Shown: piece by piece, positions 8,477-16,754 of the stretch
Layout of the letters: each line of letters opens with the position of its first letter
Numbering within the stretch: position 1 is the first letter of the stretch
Source of the DNA: Pseudomonadota bacterium
Lineage (GTDB): Bacteria > Pseudomonadota > Alphaproteobacteria > Rhizobiales > JACESI01
Assembly (NCBI GenBank): GCA_039818625.1
Contig: JBCBTO010000001.1
Coordinates: 1 to 25,196, forward strand
DNA length: 25,196 bases
Direction of reading: 5' to 3'
The notes under the pieces: generated by a model
What the model saw: only the letters and a program-made list of their open reading frames with translations
What the model was told of the DNA's origin: nothing
Database searches by the model: none
Program-made: the position numbers and the translations under genes

Positions 8477-9496
8477 ATGGAAAAGCTCCCCACATATGAT
8501 GACGTGCTCGCGGCTGACCAACGGATCAGCGGTGATGTCGTGCGCACGCCTCTTCTGCGTTCGGATCTTCTTGATAACCTGACCGGCGGCACGGTTTTTC
8601 TGAAGGCGGAAAACCTCCAGCATACCGGGTCCTTTAAGTTTCGCGGTGCCACGAATGCGATCAAGGCGCATCTCGAAACGGGGGATGCCGTCAATGCAAC
8701 TGGTGTTATTGCGTGTTCGTCGGGCAACCATGCGCAGGGCGTGGCTGAGGCGTCGCGTATCGCAGGTATTTCAGCCACCATCGTCATGCCGAGTGATGCC
8801 CCGTCCATCAAGGTCGAGCGGACCCGTCGATCCGGGGCGGATATTCTGTTTTACGACCGATCCGTTGAGGATCGCGAGGTGGTGACGGAACAGCATCAAG
8901 AGCGCCTCAAAGCTCAGTTGGTGCATCCCTATAACGATCCTTACGTGGTTGCGGGGCAGGGGACGTGCGGGCTTGAGGCAGCTGACCAACTTCAAGCAAA
9001 AGGACTTGAACCGGATCATGTGCTTGTTTGCACTGGCGGTGGCGGTTTGTCAGCCGGGATATTTCTTGTGATGCAAGACCGCTTTCCGTCAGCCCAGTTT
9101 CACACTGTGGAACCGGAGGGTTTCGACGACTACCGCCGGTCACTGGAGGCTGGTGAGCGCCTCACCAACAAGGCGACAGTGGGCTCGCTGTGTGATGCGA
9201 TCCTGACGCCAATGCCGGGTGTGTTGAGCTTTGCGATTTTAAACGGTGGGGCCTCGACACCTCTCGTCGTCAGTGACAAAGCAGCGCTCGATGCGGTTGC
9301 CTTTGCCTTTCATGAACTCAAGGTCATTGTTGAACCTGGCGGTGCCGTTACGCTCGCAGCGCTCCTCACCGGCCAGTTGGATGTGCGCGGTAAAGTTACA
9401 CTGGCAACCCTTTCGGGAGGCAATATCGACCCGGAGATTTTTGCAAAGGCGATCAGTGGTTACGCGCCCGTTTCAGGTGAAACGGTGTTACCCTAG
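8477..9496 (+). CDS. PLP-dependent threonine/serine dehydratase family protein (no ACT domain)
   Basis: LKAENLQHTGSFKFRGA (PLP lysine), SSGNHAQGVA, HPYND..V.AGQGT, GGGGL, EPGGA, LSGGN. At 339 aa it lacks the IlvA regulatory C-terminus. Confidence 0.88.
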   Translation: MEKLPTYDDVLAADQRISGDVVRTPLLRSDLLDNLTGGTVFLKAENLQHTGSFKFRGATNAIKAHLETGDAVNATGVIACSSGNHAQGVAEASRIAGISATIVMPSDAPSIKVERTRRSGADILFYDRSVEDREVVTEQHQERLKAQLVHPYNDPYVVAGQGTCGLEAADQLQAKGLEPDHVLVCTGGGGLSAGIFLVMQDRFPSAQFHTVEPEGFDDYRRSLEAGERLTNKATVGSLCDAILTPMPGVLSFAILNGGASTPLVVSDKAALDAVAFAFHELKVIVEPGGAVTLAALLTGQLDVRGKVTLATLSGGNIDPEIFAKAISGYAPVSGETVLP

Positions 9497-10602
9497 CCGA
9501 AAAGTGCGATGCGGGTTGAAAGCGGGATTGTTTCTTCGTCGCTTTCTTCCAACGTGATCGTGGTGTCGTCTGAATGCCTTGGATCAGCTGGCTCTTCGAC
9601 CCGATCAGCTGTTTTCTCGTCCGATAGATGCGTTTCTGCCGGGGGAGCTTCTGTCTTTACGGGCTCTTCTGCCGCGATTTCGAGCGGTTCAAGAGTTTCG
9701 GACGAAGTCTGTTCGGCTTCATCGTCCTCAATTTCATCGTAGATGTCATCGAGCTCGAAATGCTCATCATCGATCAGGAATGGCTTGTCATCGTCATTGC
9801 CGTCTGCAAGGCCGTCACCGCCGCCCCATTCGATCTGGAAGACTTCCTCCGATGGGTCGGCAAACGCGTAGTCCTGCATCATCATCGTATCGATTTCGGA
9901 CTGCTCTTTCGCCTGGCCCGGAAGAGCCGGGCCGTTCAGCAAGCCCGCATCTTCCTCGCGGGCGCGAGCGGTCGGCTCATAGGTGGTGAGGTCTTGCTCC
10001 CCCCACACCTCGACCATTGATTTCAAGCGGCTTTCCATGAAGGAGATGACTTGCACGACTTTGCGCAGGCGTTGACCGGTGACATCCTGGAACGAACAGG
10101 CCGTGTAGATTTCCGTTGCCAGCTGATCGAGGGTTTCGCACTCGGTCTCCTGGGCTCCGGCTTCGCGCATTTCCCATGCGGTTTCCTGCACCTTTTCAGC
10201 GGCGGCAAGGATGCTTGACGTTGCTGTCTCCGTCTCGTCGATGACCGCATCAAGCTCGTTGGTCGCGTCCATCATGCGCGTCGTACCATCGGCGCGCCGT
10301 GTGTCGGCTATCTCATATTTGATCTGGTCGATCGTCTGCGTCATGTCGACAATGTCCAGACGCATCTGCAAGACGTCGGGCGGCTCGTGCTCGCTTGAGA
10401 TATAGCTTTTCAAGCCCTCAATGGCATGGAGAACGCGATCCGTATCCGAAACCCGGTTGCGCTTTGCATATTCAGCGAGAAACCACCGACCGCGAGCCGT
10501 TTCCATAACGGCCTCTTCTATCGCGCGGTAGTCTTCTTCGTTAATGTTGTCGGGTTGGATGATATCCGGCATGCGGGGGGCCCGGCTGTTGTTTTCGTCC
10601 AT
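9493..10602 (-). CDS. Alphaproteobacterial CheZ-like protein phosphatase with an N-terminal extra domain and acidic tail
   Basis: ELDAVIDETETATSSILAAAE and EIYTACSFQDVTGQRLRKV (CheZ D-x3-Q catalytic motif), then GLLNGPALPG...QSEID. The start could also be the ATG at 10572. Confidence 0.72.
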   Translation of the reverse strand: MDENNSRAPRMPDIIQPDNINEEDYRAIEEAVMETARGRWFLAEYAKRNRVSDTDRVLHAIEGLKSYISSEHEPPDVLQMRLDIVDMTQTIDQIKYEIADTRRADGTTRMMDATNELDAVIDETETATSSILAAAEKVQETAWEMREAGAQETECETLDQLATEIYTACSFQDVTGQRLRKVVQVISFMESRLKSMVEVWGEQDLTTYEPTARAREEDAGLLNGPALPGQAKEQSEIDTMMMQDYAFADPSEEVFQIEWGGGDGLADGNDDDKPFLIDDEHFELDDIYDEIEDDEAEQTSSETLEPLEIAAEEPVKTEAPPAETHLSDEKTADRVEEPADPRHSDDTTITLEESDEETIPLSTRIALFG

Positions 10603-10662
10603 TTACGAACAAAAAAGTTTATGAAGTGTAGTCATATTATTGATTCGGTAGAAAATAATCGC

Positions 10663-11835
10663 ATGGTTTCCTCCCCAATCCGCGTTTCATTATTTGTGGG
10701 GGTGGTGTTTTTAAGCCTTGGAATATACCTGCCGTTCTTCCCATTGTGGCTGAAATCCCAACTATACTCTCCATCTGAGATTGCAATATTGCTCGCGATA
10801 CCACTTTTAGTGCGCGTCCTGCTGACCCCGCTTGCCACCGCTGCTGTCGGGCGGGCTCGAGAAAGGCGAGGGGTTGCGGTTGTCTATTGCTTCCTGTCCC
10901 TCGTGTTCTTTGCCGCGCTCGCCCTTGACTTCGGGTTTTGGTCGACGGCCATCGCGCTCGGGCTCTTCGGTGTCTTCTGGCATGCGCTGATTCCCATAGG
11001 CGATTCTTTTGCGCTCACCGAGGTGCGTCAGCATCAGGCGAACTATGGGACAATCCGACTTTGGGGCTCCGTCAGTTTCATTCTCGCCAATCTTGGAGCC
11101 GGGATTTTGATCGCGCAATATGCCGAGACCCCAGGATGGGTGATCTTCGTCGTCATCTGCGCCGCACTCGCCGGTGCCACCGCGAGTGCTTTTGCCTTGC
11201 CGCGCTATGGCTTGCCTGCGTCTGAACGGCCGAAAACTGATATTCCGATCTGGTTTGACCTCAAGCGGTTCCTCGTTGATCGCCGGTTCCTCCTCATCGC
11301 GCTCAGCGGTGGGTTCACCCAAGCCTCACACGCCATGCTTTATAGTTTCGGCACGCTTTTGTGGGTGGAGCGCGGCTATACACTGCGGGAAATCGGCATT
11401 TTCTGGGCCGTCGGTGTGCTCGCCGAAATTGTGTTGTTCACACAGGCGCGCGGGCTCTTCTCGAAAATCGGCCCTGCCCTGCTTCTTGCCATCGGCGGTT
11501 TGGCCGGTGCCCTGCGATGGGTTTTGCATGACGACGTTGATGGTTTTTATCTCATCGTCGCTTTGCAAATGCTGCATGGGCTTTCCTTCGGCGCGACACA
11601 TCTCGGCAATCAAGCTTTCATAGCGGCACATGTGAGCGAAGACGATACGCCGTCGGCCCAAGGGGCGCTGGTCTTCGTAAGCGGATTGATCATGGCCTTG
11701 TTTACGATGGCGTCCGGCCTTCTCTACGCTCAGTTTGGAAGCCAGGCGTTCATGGCCATGTCGATCACCTGCCTTTGCGGACTCGCAGCCCTGTTCCTCC
11801 TGCGTTATCCCCACAAGGCCCGGTCCGCCGGGTGA
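10663..11835 (+). CDS. MFS permease (HcaT/MFS_1_like)
   Basis: About 12 hydrophobic helices; GIYLPFFPLWLK, NYGTIRLWGSVSF, IFWAVGVLAEIVLF, LQMLHGLSFGA.HLG. The ATG at 10663 is preferred because the longer ORF would overlap the divergent cheZ-like gene. Confidence 0.85.
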   Translation: MVSSPIRVSLFVGVVFLSLGIYLPFFPLWLKSQLYSPSEIAILLAIPLLVRVLLTPLATAAVGRARERRGVAVVYCFLSLVFFAALALDFGFWSTAIALGLFGVFWHALIPIGDSFALTEVRQHQANYGTIRLWGSVSFILANLGAGILIAQYAETPGWVIFVVICAALAGATASAFALPRYGLPASERPKTDIPIWFDLKRFLVDRRFLLIALSGGFTQASHAMLYSFGTLLWVERGYTLREIGIFWAVGVLAEIVLFTQARGLFSKIGPALLLAIGGLAGALRWVLHDDVDGFYLIVALQMLHGLSFGATHLGNQAFIAAHVSEDDTPSAQGALVFVSGLIMALFTMASGLLYAQFGSQAFMAMSITCLCGLAALFLLRYPHKARSAG

Positions 11836-12788
11836 ATCGTGCTGCCATCAAAGGTGAGGGCATGGTCGCAATCCTCTGCGAGCAGGAGGGGGCCATCCAA
11901 ATCGACCCACTCGGCACCTTGTGCGATCATAAGCGCGGGGGCCATGGCGAGCGATGATGCCACCATGCAGCCGACCATGATGATGAGACCATGCTCACGG
12001 GCTTCCTCGCATAAGGCAATTGCCTCGGTCAGACCGCCCGTCTTGTCGAGTTTCACATTGACCGCATCATACCGTGCGGCCACGTGGGCCAATTCTTGCC
12101 GGGTGTGAATGCTCTCATCCGCGCAAAGCGGGATGGGTGATTTGATCTCCAAAAGCGCGTCGTCGTCACCAGCGGGAAGGGGTTGTTCAATCAGCCCGAC
12201 CTTGGCATTGATGCAGGCGGTGAGGTGGTCGTCCCATTGGTCGCTGGTCCAGCCCTCGTTGGCGTCCACGATGAGTTTTGCGTCAGGTGAGCCACGCCTC
12301 ACGGCTTCCAGCCGGTCCGCATCTCCGTCACCGCCGAGCTTGATTTTCAACACCGGTCGGTGGGATGCGGCGCGCGCCGCCTCAAACATGATATCCGGCG
12401 TGTCGAGACTCAGGGTGAAGGCGGTCTCCACAGGGCTCAGGGCGATGGATATCCTATCAGCCACTGGGGTTCCTGTTTGCTTTGCCGTGAAATCGTGAAA
12501 GGCGCAGTCGAGCGCGTTGCGGGCAGCGCCCGGCGGTAGAGCGGTTTGCAAAGCGCCCGCATCAGCCAGTGAATCCGGGTGTTTTGCAACGGTTTCGAGT
12601 TGTTCCAGCACACTTTCAACACTCTCGCCATATCTTGGATAAGGCGTGCATTCACCACGGCCAATATGGGTGCCGTCAGACAATTCTGCGATCACCGTGT
12701 CCGCTGCCGTCTTCACGCCGCGAGAAATGCGGAACGGCTTGGCGAGAGGCCAGTTTTGCGCTTTGGCCGTGAGACTTAAGGACGGCAT
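11805..12788 (-). CDS. dgcA: Enolase-superfamily L-Ala-D/L-Glu epimerase / N-acetyl-D-Glu racemase DgcA-like
   Basis: PFRISRG, GRGECTPYPRYGES, GAARNALDCA, catalytic K-x-K (LKIKLG), metal ligands DANE, EQP and ADES, NVKLDKTGGL, DLDGPLLL. Confidence 0.85.
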   Translation of the reverse strand: MPSLSLTAKAQNWPLAKPFRISRGVKTAADTVIAELSDGTHIGRGECTPYPRYGESVESVLEQLETVAKHPDSLADAGALQTALPPGAARNALDCAFHDFTAKQTGTPVADRISIALSPVETAFTLSLDTPDIMFEAARAASHRPVLKIKLGGDGDADRLEAVRRGSPDAKLIVDANEGWTSDQWDDHLTACINAKVGLIEQPLPAGDDDALLEIKSPIPLCADESIHTRQELAHVAARYDAVNVKLDKTGGLTEAIALCEEAREHGLIIMVGCMVASSLAMAPALMIAQGAEWVDLDGPLLLAEDCDHALTFDGSTIHPADRALWG

Positions 12789-12959
12789 CTGTTTCTCCTC
12801 AGAGGATAAGTTCCCCGCTTTCTAACGGTTCATAGAAACGCGATAAACCTCCCTGCGGCCAAAAAGCGATCCTGATTGCTGCGGATCGGGGCCGCAGTCA
12901 GCGGTGGGGCGTTTAGAAAAGTGGGTGAAGACCCGGCAAGTTGTTGTATAACGCTTTTC

Positions 12960-14105
12960 ATGGATGCGCGTGTTGAAGATTCCGCTGGGCGGATTGTCTC
13001 CAATGACCGATTGGGCGAAAGCGAACAGTTTTCCGCCATCGGACAATGGGTGATCGGTTACGCAAGCCTCATTCAAACCCATATCGAGAGTTTGCCCGAA
13101 CCGATGGCTGAGCGCATTGCAATCTCGCTTGCCGACATCGATGCCCTCGACACGTCGGGTGCGTGGTTGCTGTTCAAACTCAAGGACAGATGGGAGGCGA
13201 GCGGAACTGTCGTGTCTTTCGTTCGCCCGAGTGAGGAACATATCGTATTGTTGAGCGCGATCAGCGATGCGGCGGCTGAGGTGCGCAAGATCGAACCCGA
13301 ACGCGGGACCGGTGAGACGCTCGTCCAGTTCCTGGTCAATCGCTGCACGGCCGCCTGGGACGATGCGCTGCGGCTCCTGTCGCTCATGGGCGCGCTCCTC
13401 TCCACGTTCTTCAAACGCATGGTCACATGGGAGTGGCGCTTTGCCGCCATCGTCACCCATATGATGCGCACCGGACTTACGGCTGTGCCGATCATCGTTT
13501 TAATGTCGTTCGTCATCGGCGCAATTGTCGCCCAGCAAGGGGCCTATCAGCTCAGCTTTTACGGTGCGGACATCATGGCGGTTGACCTCGTCGCCGTTCT
13601 CGTCACGCGGGACATGGGTGTTCTTTTGACCGCGATCATGGTGGCGGGGCGATCTGGCTCCGCTTACACCGCCGAAATCGGATCGATGCGGATGCGCGAG
13701 GAAATCGACGCGCTTAAGGTCATCGGCCTCGATCCGGTCGATGTTCTGATTTTTCCGCGTATTGCGGGGCTCATTCTCGTGTTGCCGCTACTCACAATCA
13801 TCGCCGATTATGCCTCGCTCCTCGGCGCGCAGCTTGCGCTGTGGCTTTACATCGACATGTCATGGCAGATTTTTGTGGAGCGGGCGCGGGATGCGACGCC
13901 GCTGTCCTATTTCCTGATGGGCGTGGTGAAAGCCCCGTTCATGGCACTGATCATCGGCCTCATCGCCATGTCGGAGGGGCTGAAAGTGTCCGGCAGTTCC
14001 GAATCGCTTTCGAAGCACACGACGATTGCGGTGGTGAAATCAATCTTCATGGTTATCGTGATTGATGGCGTTTTCGCCGTGATTTCGGCCAATCTCGGAT
14101 ATTGA
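12960..14105 (+). CDS. mlaE: MlaE-family ABC permease with an N-terminal STAS (MlaB-like) domain
   Basis: N-terminal ..IDALDTSGAWLL (STAS). Permease motifs G..AVPII.LMSFVIG, RDMGVLLTAIMVAGRSGSAYTAEIGSMRMREEIDAL, VVKSIF.VI..D. The ATG at 12960 is preferred. Confidence 0.9.
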   Translation: MDARVEDSAGRIVSNDRLGESEQFSAIGQWVIGYASLIQTHIESLPEPMAERIAISLADIDALDTSGAWLLFKLKDRWEASGTVVSFVRPSEEHIVLLSAISDAAAEVRKIEPERGTGETLVQFLVNRCTAAWDDALRLLSLMGALLSTFFKRMVTWEWRFAAIVTHMMRTGLTAVPIIVLMSFVIGAIVAQQGAYQLSFYGADIMAVDLVAVLVTRDMGVLLTAIMVAGRSGSAYTAEIGSMRMREEIDALKVIGLDPVDVLIFPRIAGLILVLPLLTIIADYASLLGAQLALWLYIDMSWQIFVERARDATPLSYFLMGVVKAPFMALIIGLIAMSEGLKVSGSSESLSKHTTIAVVKSIFMVIVIDGVFAVISANLGY

Positions 14106-14135
14106 TGATCACGCGAGAAGAAAGGTTCAGACGCC

Positions 14136-14924
14136 TTGGTTGCGCTTGAAGTTGCCCCGGTACAAGACAAGCGGCCCGTCATCCAGGTGGAGGGATTGAC
14201 GGTCGGTTTTGGCGATGTCGTCATTCTGGAAAACCTCGCGCTCGATGTTTATGAGGGTGAAATCCTGGGCGTTGTCGGTGCGTCCGGTACGGGCAAATCC
14301 GTGCTCATGCGGTCCATTCTGGGGCTTAATCAAAAGCGCAGTGGCGTCGTACGCATACTCGGAACTGACTATGACAAGGCCAGCGAAGAACAATGCCAGC
14401 TGATTGACCAAAAGCTCGGTGTCCTGTTCCAGCATGGTGCGCTGTTTTCATCGCTCACGGTGATGCAGAACATTCAGGTGCCGATGCGCGAGTATCTTTC
14501 GCTCGATCAGAAGCTGATGGATGAGCTCGCATTGATGAAAATGGAGCTCGTCGGTCTCGCCCTTGACGCCGCGCATAAGTTCCCGTCGGAACTCTCGGGA
14601 GGTATGATCAAGCGGGCAGGACTGGCGCGCGCGCTCGCGATCGATCCATCCGTGATTTTTCTCGATGAGCCCACATCCGGGCTTGATCCAATCGGGGCGG
14701 AGGAGTTCGATCAACTCACGCTCAACCTTCGCGATACGCTCGGTGTGACCGTATTCATGGTAACCCATGACCTCGACAGTCTTTTCACGACCTGTGACAG
14801 AATTGCCGTTCTTGGCCAAAAACGCGTGTTGATCGCAGGCCGTATGGAAGAAATGCTTGAATTCGACGATCCGTGGGTGAATGCCTATTTTAATGGGGAA
14901 AGGGGTCGTCGGGCGCATAATTGA
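14136..14924 (+). CDS. mlaF: MlaF-family ABC ATPase
   Basis: Walker A GASGTGKS, Q-loop LFQ.GALF, signature LSGGM, Walker B IFLDEPT.GLDP, H-loop THD. TTG start with AAAGG upstream. Confidence 0.92.
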   Translation: MVALEVAPVQDKRPVIQVEGLTVGFGDVVILENLALDVYEGEILGVVGASGTGKSVLMRSILGLNQKRSGVVRILGTDYDKASEEQCQLIDQKLGVLFQHGALFSSLTVMQNIQVPMREYLSLDQKLMDELALMKMELVGLALDAAHKFPSELSGGMIKRAGLARALAIDPSVIFLDEPTSGLDPIGAEEFDQLTLNLRDTLGVTVFMVTHDLDSLFTTCDRIAVLGQKRVLIAGRMEEMLEFDDPWVNAYFNGERGRRAHN

Positions 14925-14950
14925 CCCGCCGCCTTTGTTATCAAAGCTTT

Positions 14951-16687
14951 ATGGAAACACGCGCGAATTACATTGCCATTGGACTTTTTGCGATCGCCGT
15001 TCTGGTAGCGGGCTTTGTGTTCGTCCTATGGCTGGAGCGGTTTGGCGAAAACAGCTCGTCGCGGGACATCAACCTCGTCATTCCAGGCAGCGCCTCGGGC
15101 CTCGCACGGGGAAGTCCAGTCCTGTTCAACGGGCTTCGCGTTGGCAGCGTTACGCTTGTGGAGTTTGATAAAACGAATCCGGGCAATGTTAAAGCCAATC
15201 TCCAGATCAATTCCGACGTACCCTTGCGCGCGGATACCAAAGTCAGCATCGCAAGCCAGCCTTTGACGGGCCTTGCCAGCGTGTCCCTCCTCGGTGGGAC
15301 TGTCGACGCGCAACCGCTGCTACAGCTCGATGATACGCCGGAGTTGCGTGCGACTACGTCCTCGCTGCAGGGTACGATTGATGAGGCGGCTGCGACCGTC
15401 AAAGCCGCCAATCTTGTCCTGACGCGCGTCAATAATTTGCTCGACAGCAATATCGGGTCGATCAACAACACGGTGAACAATGTCGAGGCGTTCACCAACG
15501 CGCTCGCAAGCAACGCGGACAACATTGATTCCTTGCTGCAGAACGTCGCCGATGCCTCGCAGTCTATCGGTGAATTGAGCAAGACCGTGTCGGCGGTCTC
15601 AGGTGACATTGAAGCGGTTGTGAAGGCGGTGGAGCCTGAAACCGTGAAGACGACGCTAGAAAATGTCGAGGTCATCACGACAAACTTCGCCAAGAGCTCT
15701 GAGCGTATCGATGAAATCGCGGTAGATGCCAAGGCGACGCTCAAGAACTTTGCCAAGCTTTCGGAGGACGTGAACGGCACGCTTTCCAAAGTCGATGGCC
15801 TTGTAAGTGCTGTCGATCCGGCGCGCATCAGCAGCGTCGTGGCAAGCGCGGACACGCTGCTCTCGTCGATTGATCCCGCTTCCGTTTCAACCACGCTCGG
15901 CAATGTGGAAAAAATCACCACCGATTTTGCCAACACCACGGACGACTTCGACCGCATCGTCGGCAATGTCGATCGTGTTGTGACCGATCTTTCGCTCTTT
16001 TCAAGCGGGCTCAACACGACGGTCACAAGCGTCAATGCGCTCGTTGCCCGCGTTGATGGCGATCAACTCGAACGCACGCTTGAGAATGTTGAGACATTCA
16101 CCGGGAGCCTGAACTCGACGCTGAAGGAGGTGGATACCCTCGTCGGCGCGCTTGATGCTGAGCGGGTGAATGCGCTCATTTCAAATCTTGAGTCATTTGC
16201 AGGTAAGCTGAACAGCACCGGTGATGAGATTGATGCCATCCTTGCAAGCGCGAAAGACGCAACCGACGATGTCGCAGTTTTCACCGAAAGCTTGTCGGGC
16301 AATAAGGAAAACATCGACAAGATCGTCGCCGATGCGACTGTCATCTCCGACCGTCTGAAAACGACGACCCTGAGCCTCAACAGCATTCTCGGCCGGGTGG
16401 ACGGGCTTGTCGATGCCGATGGGCGCAGCTTCATCGTTGAGGCGACGGATGCGGCGAAGGCCATTCGTCAGATTTCGGAAAGTTTTCAGGCGCGTGCAGA
16501 CACCATTTCGCAAGGGCTGGAACGCTTTTCGACGCGTGGGCTTGGTGATATCGAGGCGTTGATTAGCCAAAGCAGACAAGCTGTCGCGCGCATTGAAGGA
16601 TTGGTACGCGGTCTTGAGAGCAACCCGACGCAGTTTTTGCTTGGCGGAGGCAAAAAAGTTCCAGAATATCGCCGCCAGCGGCGCTGA
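14951..16687 (+). CDS. mlaD: MCE (MlaD-family) protein with a single MCE domain and a very long repeat-containing helical C-terminus (578 aa)
   Basis: METRANYIAIGLF + TM helix; MCE domain (SASGLARGSPVLFNGLRVGSV...DT.VSIASQPLTGLASVSL.GG); roughly 430 aa of amphipathic helix; C-terminal LESNPTQFLLGG. Confidence 0.88.
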   Translation: METRANYIAIGLFAIAVLVAGFVFVLWLERFGENSSSRDINLVIPGSASGLARGSPVLFNGLRVGSVTLVEFDKTNPGNVKANLQINSDVPLRADTKVSIASQPLTGLASVSLLGGTVDAQPLLQLDDTPELRATTSSLQGTIDEAAATVKAANLVLTRVNNLLDSNIGSINNTVNNVEAFTNALASNADNIDSLLQNVADASQSIGELSKTVSAVSGDIEAVVKAVEPETVKTTLENVEVITTNFAKSSERIDEIAVDAKATLKNFAKLSEDVNGTLSKVDGLVSAVDPARISSVVASADTLLSSIDPASVSTTLGNVEKITTDFANTTDDFDRIVGNVDRVVTDLSLFSSGLNTTVTSVNALVARVDGDQLERTLENVETFTGSLNSTLKEVDTLVGALDAERVNALISNLESFAGKLNSTGDEIDAILASAKDATDDVAVFTESLSGNKENIDKIVADATVISDRLKTTTLSLNSILGRVDGLVDADGRSFIVEATDAAKAIRQISESFQARADTISQGLERFSTRGLGDIEALISQSRQAVARIEGLVRGLESNPTQFLLGGGKKVPEYRRQRR

Positions 16688-16754
16688 AGGTTTGGTTGCC
16701 AGGAGAAGAATCAGCGCATGGTTGAAAGATTACGGTTTTGGGGCCGTGTGAGCG

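Noticed and set aside
7415-8731. 438-aa minus-strand ORF
   Set aside because: It is antisense to agt and the dehydratase, is Arg-rich with no domain signature, and is a shadow ORF.
10426-10662. N-terminal extension of the MFS ORF
   Set aside because: It overlaps the divergent cheZ-like gene; the hydrophobic MFS sequence starts at the ATG at 10663.
14968-16035. 355-aa minus-strand Ser/Thr-rich ORF
   Set aside because: It is the antisense shadow of the MCE gene, with composition mirroring sense-strand codon usage.
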